Positions 1 to 12,606 of a stretch of 16,848 bases of DNA are shown here, piece by piece. Position numbers and translations under genes: made by a program. Source of the DNA: Adineta steineri (taxonomy: Eukaryota); NCBI GenBank assembly GCA_905250115.1, contig CAJNOI010000180.1, positions 147,689-164,536 on the forward strand, written 5' to 3'. How positions within the stretch are numbered: position 1 is the first letter of the stretch; each line of letters begins with the position of its first letter. Below the pieces are notes generated by a model. The model made no database searches. It was given only the letters and a program-made list of their open reading frames with translations, and had not been told where the DNA came from.

Positions 1-227
1 TCTGACCGGGCCCGGATCGGAAGAAATATGCTATCAACATAATATTTTTTTGAATTTCTTTAATTTTTTATTTATTTCATTCAAAAAGCCTTGAATTTAT
101 TTATAAAAATAATAGAAAAAACAACAACAAAACTATTTTCGATGCAACTATCAGATTTCAAATTGAAAAATTTACTGAGAGTCTAAAAATGTGTGGACCC
201 GATGGGCTTTACCTAAAGGTGAAGTCA

Positions 228-281
228 TGAGGGTGTGTGTATAAGAATGTCCACTTAGTAAGCATAGCACCCACACCCTCA
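228..281. repeat. Snap-back module with telomere-like arms (TGAGGGTGTGTGT ... CACCCACACCCTCA)
   Basis: 228-240 TGAGGGTGTGTGT; reverse complement of 268-281 is TGAGGGTGTGGGTG. The first 10 bp are identical, with a 27-bp loop. Confidence 0.7.
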
Positions 282-446
282 AGATTCGATAGAGTTGGCT
301 AAATTCTACTTGAAACATGAGTAAAACATTTGAAACGCATACCTGAACGGATCGCTGGTAAAATTATGCGGATTCGTCGATAACATCAGCAACGTATGAA
401 AACCTATACACTAGAGTAGTCTCATCTAGTAGATTATCACTATGAC

Positions 447-862
447 TTGCGGAACCAGCGTCATTTTTTCACCGTAGATAGAAGTTACTCAGAGCTACAA
501 AATGATACTAAAAAAAGTGGGTAAATATACTATGATCTATATTTTTGAGTGATTATATTGTGAATTTCTATGAAGAAGGCTTTGGGTAGTTACTGCAAAA
601 AACCATTATCATCAGTTAATATGTAACTAATCATTAATACTATGCCAAAGATAGTAATCAAGAGCCTTCAATAATGACGCACTGAGTAATGAAATCATTC
701 TTTCTATGGTTGCTACGAAGACGTCCCGCACGCAAAATTCGCCGTATAATACCTCGAAAAAATCGAATTTAGTATGCTTACCCACATGTTTTAGCATCAT
801 TTTGTAGCTCTGAGTGACTTCTATCTACGGTAGAAAAATGACGCTCGCTGGACGAACCGCAA
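447..862. repeat. Imperfect long inverted repeat (arms ~447-533 and ~771-862), possible decayed foldback or transposon remnant
   Basis: The reverse complement of the left arm reads cccactttttttagtatcattttgtagctctgagtaacttctatctacggtgaaaaaatgacgct. The right arm reads cccacatgttttagcatcattttgtagctctgagtgacttctatctacggtagaaaaatgacgct. The two are nearly identical over about 65 bp, with weaker similarity beyond. Confidence 0.8.
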
Positions 863-2194
863 TGGAAATTCCCTAAATAGGGCTATCCCAGTAAAAAGGA
901 TGTCTTAGTTTACTAATAGAGTGACACGTGAAAAATATAGAGAACAGTGTATTTAACTACATGTTTTTTCGATGACCTTCATCTGAGATGAAAAACTAGC
1001 GCTTTCCCACCGACGGTAATTTATAAGCATAAGTAGCGTTAGAGTGTAATGCCTAAAACAGGCCAGCTGATGGAGGATCAAGAAGGTGGCTATTAGAATA
1101 GGTTTAAAAGGATTAACGAGAATAATCTAGGCGACTCCAGAGTAGTGTTATCTTACAGGGAAAACATGGGTTTTCGTATGAAAATAGTTTTAGATGAGAC
1201 CTTCAATTAGGAGTGTTTTGTGGACACACCGTCTCTTTTATTATTATTATGTAGCATTAGTTGCTACTCCATTTAAATAATCTTTCCAATGGTTAGCATC
1301 ATATCTCAATCCGAATCTATTGATACGATCGCCGAGTTTTTCATATAAAGCTTTTCCAGGTGTTAATTCCACCCCTAGTTGAGCGGCTAATAGAGACACG
1401 GTTTGCAAAAGCATCATGGTATCCTTGCACGAAGCTATTTCACCGTAGAAAATCGCTGGCAACACAATCATATAAGTTGCACAGTGCATATTCAAACTAC
1501 GTTTTTTTCGATTCGTTTCTTAACTGATCTTATCTCTTAGTTTTGGTTTATCAATCTAGACTTTTTCGAAATGGTCAAAAGAAATTGTTCATTATTTGGG
1601 TATTTTATTAATGAAGCTGTTGATTTGCAATGTAAATAATGCACGTTAATTGAGTAGTTGATAAAAGTTATCAGGACGAACCTAAAATAAATTACATTTG
1701 TTATTCACTTTAAAAGTTTTATCAACAAATTAATGTTTGCAATCTTTCAATACAGATAAGCTAGTTTCACTGAGCGTTATGGTTGTTCAAGATCATATTA
1801 TTGAGCTGTATGGTAAAGATATACTATCCTTCTTACCGTTCGCTGTACTCTCTTCTACCTCCAAAGTGAGATATAAATATCTTCCATTAAATGTTTCAAA
1901 ATAATAAAATAAAGTAAAATATCTAAAAAATCAATACATTTACTGGAACAATAATCGCAAACCTTGCTCTCCTTTGTTGTTCCTTACTCATAGTATATAC
2001 TCGCATCCTACTCAGTGGTCAACACCAGGGGCTTCTCGAATTAGCTTTTAATGAAGAAGTGAAGTGTTAGTAATTGTATACGCAAGAAAGCCAACAGTTT
2101 ATGGTCGCCACACTCTGCATTACAAGCTGAAGAACATTTGGATCAGAGTTGTAACCGGTTAGTATACCTGTCGGCCGAAACAGATATTTTTCTA

Positions 2195-2537
2195 TCCAGA
2201 CAGACAAGACCTTTAAAAAACGCGTTTCAAATTCGTAAATACACCGCTTTTACGAATTCTTAACGCGTTTCTACGCAATTTTTCGGAAAGCGTTCTACTG
2301 CGTTAAAATCTACTCCGTATTTACTCGTTGAAACGCGAAATTCAACGTGGTTTTACGCGTTATTTTGTGACTTTTAACGCTCTAAGCACAGATTCTCGGC
2401 GCGTTAATCACAGTAGACAAAGCTAATGGAGATAAAAATCGTAAAAATGTGCGCTTTTCCTGATTTTATTTTCGTTAAAATTTCAAAATTTCTACGCGGT
2501 ATTTCTCCGTTTTTTTTTTGTGTTTTGTCTGTCTGGG
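2195..2537. mobile_element. Non-autonomous DNA transposon (MITE-like), TA target site duplication, Tc1/mariner-like signature
   Basis: Left TIR TCCAGACAGACAAGAC (2195-2210). The right end is GTTTTGTCTGTCTGGG (2522-2537), reverse complement CCCAGACAGACAAAAC. That is 14/16 matches. The element is flanked by TA at 2193-2194 and 2538-2539. There is no internal ORF in the supplied track. The interior is rich in acgcg motifs. Confidence 0.75.
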
Positions 2538-2690
2538 TACCAGTCCGCTACAGATTTTTTCTAATTTTTATTGAGTTTTTTTGACGCTGTCTAATAAAAA
2601 TACTAAAAAATACGATTTTTTTTAGAAAACTACAGGTCTAATTTCCTATTTAGTCCTAGTTTTATGAACCTTTCCCCTAGTGGCGACACC

Positions 2691-2767
2691 AAGGGTGGGC
2701 TCAGGCCACCCTGAAATTTTTTTCAGATCTTCATAAAAACCAATGATATTTTATATGAGCCCACCTT
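2691..2767. repeat. Short inverted repeat within a probable DNA-transposon remnant
   Basis: 2691-2703 AAGGGTGGGCTCA pairs with 2756-2767 TGAGCCCACCTT (one gap). A second 7-bp hairpin is AGGGTGG (2692-2698) with CCACCCT (2706-2712). Confidence 0.5.
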
Positions 2768-3090
2768 AGTCTAAATTCCCGGCGCCGCCGCTACGTCCCC
2801 TCACAACAGAAGGGCCTCCCGTATTAAAAGGCCCCCGAAATAATGGGCTCCTCAGAAGAAAGAAGTGGCCCTGTAGGGTACGGGGGGTCTGGTTGAAAAG
2901 AAAGTTTTTAATTATATTGATATGGCTTTGCATAGCAAAGTATTTCTTTCATTGTTATCAGTAAATTTTTGCAAACTACTCGTATCTATATTGATAAGAA
3001 ACATAGCCAACTGTCATCACAATGATTGTCCGTTTCTCAAATTCTATATACTTTAATATCGACAGAAGCTCTGTCGAGATGAAAGGAGAT

Positions 3091-3138
3091 TGTGGGTGTG
3101 GACGTTGATTTTATTTTTTTGTTACACCCACACCCACA
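3091..3138. repeat. Snap-back module with TGTGGG-unit arms
   Basis: TGTGGGTGTGG (3091-3101) and ACACCCACACCCACA (3124-3138), i.e. inverted tracts of about two TGTGGG units. Confidence 0.7.
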
Positions 3139-4061
3139 TCCTTGCCTATATATTAAATAATAAGCTAGTAAAAAATTATGCCGGTAAAACGGTCTGGCCG
3201 ATTCCTACCAGTACCGGTAAGAAAAAAACCCTGTCAGTTACAACTCTGATTTGGATACCCATAAAAATTCATTACTCAAAAACTTGGTTTCTATCAATCT
3301 ACTCCACTTCTCCCAATCCACCCCCCCCCCCTTCAGTAGTCTGAGCAAATATAGCGCACATTTTTATTCTCCGTATCGAAATATTTTTTTGACCCTGCGA
3401 ACATGCAAGCAAACCGACAATTTATGTTTGCAAGACTCTTCTCTACGAGAAAGAGAACATGCAAAATAAATTTTCGCAATTATTACTCTTTATGAACTTT
3501 AAACAACAGTATGGAAGATGTAGAGGTTACGCTAATCATTTGTATTAAATCGATCCAACATCATGATGGCTGCTATATATTTACCAGAATTAAATAAATT
3601 TCAAAATAAATATAATATACCAAATAATCGGTCATGTAGTCGAAGAAAGTATCAGAAAAAAAGATGAACTCATACAAAATATTTTCATAATTCATAGGAA
3701 TTAGACTTATGATAATGCAAGAATAATCAATACTTTTAAGAACATCGAGATGAGATAATATGATGTATTAACATCACCGTTCAGTTCAAAATTATTTTGA
3801 CAAAAAATTTAAGTTTATCAAAAATTGTAAAAGTTTAGAACATTTATAAATAGGGTCGAAATCGGTAATTTGACAAGTCTAGATATTCGAAGCTGTCAAC
3901 ATGTGTACTATAAATTCGTGACAATAGTATTTTTAAATTTAGTAAAATCATATTCCAGTATGAGGATGTTATATACTCATATTGACACTTAAAATGATAA
4001 AGATAATTTCATCACTTTGGTTTATCAATCAGTTCAAAATTAGTAAACTGGTCATAAGATG

Positions 4062-4893
4062 CAGGCTTCGTAGCGATCTCTCCCAGCGATATAGGAAAAT
4101 ATAGGATTGTAAAAGCAGCATTTATATAGGATTTTCATAATAATATAGGAAATATATAGGAATTCTTTTCTTTAGTAATAAGCTTTTATTAGACTCATAT
4201 CAAACGTTATCGTGCCCATAACATCATAACTAGCTATCTCACTCGTAGTTGCCAAAAAATCGAGAACAAATATACACTTCTTAATTACTAGAAAAGATAT
4301 TCAAAAAGTTCGATTTGAAAGTAATTAAAAGAAAATATGGTCTCTATTAAATTTATTAACAAATATTCACTAGGGTGTGGGCATGGGTTGGTGTTAGTAT
4401 GAATATTTCTCCACCCACGCCAAACTACGCTAGATTGAATTTAGTGTCCTTTGATATAAAGTTATATTTTCAAATAAATGTAACTTAAGATAGAATTAAT
4501 TCAAAAAACAATTTTATACTATTCGTGAATATAAGTATAATTTATAAGTGAAATTTTACACTAAGTTCATTAGAAAGTTTATAAAATTAGTCATTTTCTG
4601 TAAAACAATTCGAAACAAAATAACGATTCTTTCCAACGGTGAGTGTATCGATAAATTATAAAATAGTGATATACTATTGCAGTAGTCATTCGTTTTATTT
4701 CAAAACCTATAATAACATATGTACAGAAGTTCTGACTTGTTGCTGATCGAAACAACATATATTTCATTTTAAAAAAATTAGGTTTCTTCTAAATATAGGA
4801 AATATAGGAAAAATGCATGAAAAATAGGAATTTATAGGAGCATTTTTAAATATATAGGAAATATAGGAAATATAGGAGGACTACGAAGCCTGA
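4062..4893. mobile_element. hAT-like non-autonomous DNA transposon with 8-bp target site duplication
   Basis: Perfect 12-bp terminal inverted repeat CAGGCTTCGTAG (4062-4073) / CTACGAAGCCTG (4881-4892). It is flanked by the 8-bp direct repeat ATAAGATG at 4054-4061 and 4894-4901. A subterminal TATAGGAAA array is present and there is no transposase ORF. Confidence 0.82.
4371..4432. repeat. Degenerate snap-back module with GGGTGTGGG-like arms, nested inside the hAT-like element
   Basis: TAGGGTGTGGGCATGGGTTGGTG (4371-4393) against CCACCCACGCCAAACTACGCTA (4411-4432). The pairing is only partial. Confidence 0.45.
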
Positions 4894-6087
4894 ATAAGAT
4901 GCTTATATAATATATTCATTTATAAATTAAAAACAGATTTATAAATATCAAAAATATTTATAACAATTTTAAATTTTCGGTTGAAAAATTCATGATTTAT
5001 AAACCAATATAAATAAATTCATTGATAAATCGCCTACTTTCGGAATCAACAGTGATTAATTAAATTACCGATTACCTAATTGATACTAGTACATACGTAT
5101 TTTTATCTGTGCACAATACTCGAAAATTGGCTGAAAATAACAATAAATTATTCGAATGAAGAGAATTTTTCTTCAAGATATCTGCTGTTTAACAAAATGA
5201 ATAAATTTCTCAATATTATTCTAAATTGAATATATGAGCAACTGGATTATCGTTAACTGATATAAATTAAAATAAACATTCTGATTGAATGATTGTTGAC
5301 AATTTTAGAGTATTTCTAATATTTTCATTGGTTTTATCGATCAATGACACTCTATTGTACAATTTTCTAAAACAATCTTGTCAAAGAACATAACAAGAGC
5401 AACGATTCGATTTTTTCACATTCAAATGTTGATTTATGTACTTTAACTAAAAACTAAAAGAAAGTACGTGAAATCTCTTATTGATAATCGATTTTTTTTT
5501 GCGTTGATTTCCAATAAATGATCGTTTTTGCCACATTTAATTGCTAGTAAACAGATTCTTCTTCTATTAAGAAGATAACTGAAATTGATTTAAAAGAAAA
5601 TAATTAATAAGGTTTGAAAAAGATTGATTAGTGAATATCTTTGAATAATTCAAAATTAGAAACAGAAAAAAGATATTTTTTGATTGAAATGATATTTAAG
5701 AGAAAAGTAATAAATCTTTCTTTTATTCATTATTTTATACACAGAGGAATGAATTTCGATGAGAAAATAGATTTAAAACAACATTGTTTCATATGATTTT
5801 CATGACAAATAATTATGATAATATACAAGTTCAAGATAAAATCGGTTTGTAGATAAACAAATGAATAGTTTTTGATAATATTAAGCGATTGATATTATAT
5901 ATACTGATTTGAAATGAATGAAAATAGATGAAAATAAATGTAATTGAGTGACATCTATAATGGATGATGGAATTGAACAATTGATAATGTTAATGGCTGA
6001 TGGAAAGAAACGATATGAAAGATGTTAAAAGAAGAAAAAGGACAGAATAGAATAGAACAGACTAGGATTGATATTGATCGAAATTCA

Positions 6088-9470
<3,383 letters not shown>

Positions 9471-9888
9471 ATCTCTTCTTCTTCTTCTATTAATCAATTG
9501 AATATGTCAAATCTTTTTTCTTTTCTTTTGTTTTCTTTTTTTTTTTACTTGAATCATATTCAACAAATATCTTTTTAATTAATCTTTATTATATAAATAT
9601 AAATATATATATACAATTAATTCAATAAATTCATACATTTCAAATAAAAGATAAAGATCATAAATAAAATATGATTTTATAATAAAAGGTGATAAAATGA
9701 CAAACTAAATGTGTTATTTAACCCTTTAGGATAGAAGATTATCTTAATATAGATCATCTTTTTCTCCTTTTCTTCTCTTTTATTGAATTTGAAAAAGAAG
9801 AAAAAAGAAAAAGAATGATTATGCAATTATGAAACGAAACGAAATGAAATATGTATCTATCATCATCAATATGAATATGAATGTATGA

Positions 9889-9956
9889 AGGTAGGTAGGT
9901 AGGTAGGTGGTGGGAGAGAGAAGGAGAGAGAGTGAAAGAAAAAGAAAAAGAAAAAG
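9889..9956 (+). repeat. (GGTA)n microsatellite followed by a polypurine GA/A tract
   Basis: ggtaggtaggtaggtaggtggtgggagagagaaggagagagagtgaaagaaaaagaaaaagaaaaaga. Confidence 0.9.
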
Positions 9957-10143
9957 ATAATAATCAACCAATGATTGTTTGATATATATTTGATATTGTA
10001 GGAACATTCGAGAGAAATATGTAAAATTTATCTTTCCGTTTTTTTTTCTCTTCGTCATGATAAGAAAAATGTATTGATTGGTAGAAAATATTTGATGAAG
10101 AATAAAATATCTCTTATTGATGAAAAGTAAAAGCATTGATCTG

Positions 10144-10190
10144 TGACGACGAACGACGACGAGGACGACGACGACGACGACGACGACGAA
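10144..10190 (+). repeat. (GAC)n/(ACG)n microsatellite, a local GC-rich patch upstream of the Pax gene
   Basis: tgacgacgaacgacgacgaggacgacgacgacgacgacgacgacga in otherwise AT-rich intergenic DNA. Confidence 0.9.
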
Positions 10191-10439
10191 GGAAGCTAGA
10201 AAGGGACGATAGGTAAGAAATCGATTCTTCTACACGTTGAGCCGTGGGCGATCTTCTTCGATTCGCATGACCAGTAGAGCACAAATTCACAATTTATTCT
10301 TTATTTTGAATGATTTTTCTCAAAGAATTTATTTTAATTAAATATACATTCTGAAGTTCTGAAATTTAATTTTAAAAACAAAAAACAAAAGAAATAAAAA
10401 AGAAAAAAAAAAAAGAAAAAAAATGTTATCAAATTTAGA

Positions 10440-12204
10440 ATGGTTGATAATGATGAATTTATAAATGATAATTTAATGATAAATTATGATTCAAAAAGAT
10501 TCTCATTGGACAATTCTTGTAATTCTCATCGAAATACATCAGATATTCAATTTCATTCAAGATCACAATTAAATCAGAGACGACGTAAGTCTCTTCTATT
10601 TTCTACTTACTTTTTCATATTTGCATTTTCAAATTTAAGGGATAACAAGACAATCATCGAAAGATAATTCAAATGAAGATGGTTTGTTTCTTTTTTTTTT
10701 AATTCTAATTCACCTTTTTTTTCTTCTCGTCTCGTAAAAATCATAGGTCATGGTGGAATAAATCAATTGGGAGGTTTATTTGTAAATGGTCGTCCATTAC
10801 CTGATGTTGTTCGACAACAAATAGTTGCTTTAAATCAACAAGGAATTCGTCCATGTGATATATCAAGACAATTAAAAGTTTCTCATGGATGTGTTTCTAA
10901 AATTCTTGGAAGATATCTTCAAACAGGTTCAATACGTCCAGGTGTTATTGGAGGATCAAAACCGAAAGTAGCAACACCAAAAGTCATTAATGCAATTACA
11001 AATTATAAAAAAGCTCAACCAACAATGTTTGCTTGGGAAATTAAATCAAAATTAATTAATGATGGGATTTGTGATGAAAAAACGGCACCTTCAGTTTCAT
11101 CAATAAATCGAATTGTTCGAACTAAAGCTGAAAAATGTTGTTCAAATAAAATGGAAGAAGGATCAAGTCGGGAAACAAATGGAAGAATAAATGAATGTCA
11201 TTCATCAACGAATTCAAGTGATTCGATTCATTTAGATCAAAATTATCAACAACAATTTCAAACGACATGGAATCATCAAGAGAATATTTATCAAAAAGAT
11301 TCACGTACGAATTTATTCTTCTTCTTATTTAATAGACAAAGAATCTTTTCTTTTCTTTTTTAGCTGATTCAATATTAATTACAGTTGAAGAAGAAAAAGC
11401 ATCGATTTTAGAAAATTTTTATCAACAAAATCCATTTGCAGATTTCTCTCAAATGGATGAAATACAACAAAGAACACAACTTGATGAACAAATTATTCGA
11501 GTAAGATTTTCTTTTCTTCTTAAAAAGGAAACAAACTATTTTCTTTTGTTTAGCATTATTTTGATAGTGTAAGAAATCATCAATGGCCAAATCAATCGTC
11601 ATATTATTGTTCGAATTCTCATGAAATCTATTCAATTGAATCGAATCCAAATGTAATTTGTTCAAATTCAACACCAATTCTTGTTGATAGTAGAATATCA
11701 TTATCACCTCAATCATTAATTTCATTTGAACAAATGTCTATTTTACAAAATCAAAGAGATGAAAGATTAAATAAAGATGAATCAACTATTTTAATTAAAG
11801 ATAATAATTTAAATAATAAATCCATGATTTTATTAAATTATCCACAATTATTTTCATCATCAACATCTTCAAGTCCAACTGATTTAGATAATTCAAGACA
11901 AGAATCAATTCATTTTCAAAGACAATCCCCACAACAACAGCAACAACAGCAGCAGCAACAACAACAACAACAGCAACAACAACAACAACAAGCAAATACA
12001 CTTTATACAGATTTAACACCTGTTATAAATTCAACTCCATTACCATCATTTGAAACATTAAATAGTAAATTATTTTAATAAAAATCTTTTCTTTAATTTA
12101 TTTCTTTATTTATCTATTTGAAAGGATCTGAATGTTATTTTTATAATCAACAACAATCATCAGATGATTTATGGAGATCGAAATCAACAAATAAATCCAA
12201 TTGA
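10440..12204 (+). CDS. Pax2/5/8: Paired-box transcription factor, Pax2/5/8-like, with a divergent homeodomain
   Basis: Manual splice model, in frame: 10440-10584, 10640-10681, 10747-11304, 11364-11500, 11554-12064, 12125-12204 (490 aa). The paired domain reads [130 protein letters not shown]. The diagnostic strings [20 protein letters not shown] and [19 protein letters not shown] match Pax2/5/8 rather than Pax4/6 or Pax3/7. The start codon and last exon are less certain than the paired domain. Confidence 0.9.
11929..11993 (+). repeat. CAA/CAG poly-glutamine tract in the Pax-like gene
   Basis: caacaacagcaacaacagcagcagcaacaacaa... encoding an uninterrupted run of Q. Confidence 0.92.
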
Positions 12205-12606
12205 ATTCTATTTAAATAAAATAAAACTTAATCCTTAGTTTGACATACTTTGTCATTATTTTCCTTTTCTTTTTTTCTTTTCTTTTCGTTTCGTTTTTCT
12301 TTTTCAAATAAAATTCATTAAATTAAAAGACGTCATAGAAGGTAAAGAAGTACAAAAACAAGATTGAAATATCTATTAATCAGATCGAAATAAGAAAATA
12401 TTTCAAGGTAAAATAGATATTAATGACCATGAATAACTTATGAATAATATTCAACACCTTCAACTAAATCAGATTAATATAACGACGAAGAAAAATAATA
12501 TTTATTTCTAACGTTACGCTACAATGATTTTATTATTTATCCGACATATAAATAAATCTAACCAAATATATTCGTACATTACATTTTTTATTTATCCATA
12601 ACAATA

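Noticed and set aside
6-15. Perfect palindrome CCGGGCCCGG at the window start
   Set aside because: Only 10 bp, at the window edge, with no supporting partner sequence. It may be the tail of an element outside the window.
3060-3100. Possible hammerhead ribozyme (ctgtcgagatgaaa) next to snap-back module 2
   Set aside because: The conserved CUGAUGA core and GAAA placement are not present. I could not build the three stems.
3090-3469. Two overlapping forward ORFs (84 and 72 aa)
   Set aside because: Different frames over the same low-complexity DNA, including telomere-like repeats and a poly-C run. No protein-like signal.
228-4432. G-quadruplex potential of GGGTGTGGG tracts
   Set aside because: None of the tracts has four GGG runs within a short span, so a canonical intramolecular quadruplex is not supported.
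4091-4880. TATAGGAAA repeats as a possible CRISPR-like array
   Set aside because: Repeat units are short with irregular, non-unique spacing in an AT-rich eukaryotic transposon context, and there are no cas genes.
9819-10136. Reverse-strand ORF rich in L/F/Y
   Set aside because: Generated by the microsatellite and polypurine region. It has no domain and resembles AT-rich noise.
11408-11725. Reverse-strand ORF overlapping Pax exons 4 and 5
   Set aside because: It spans an intron of a well-supported gene. Its composition is low-complexity and it has no recognisable domain.
11795-12019. Reverse-strand ORF with poly-V/A
   Set aside because: Antisense of the CAA/CAG tract in the Pax-like gene.
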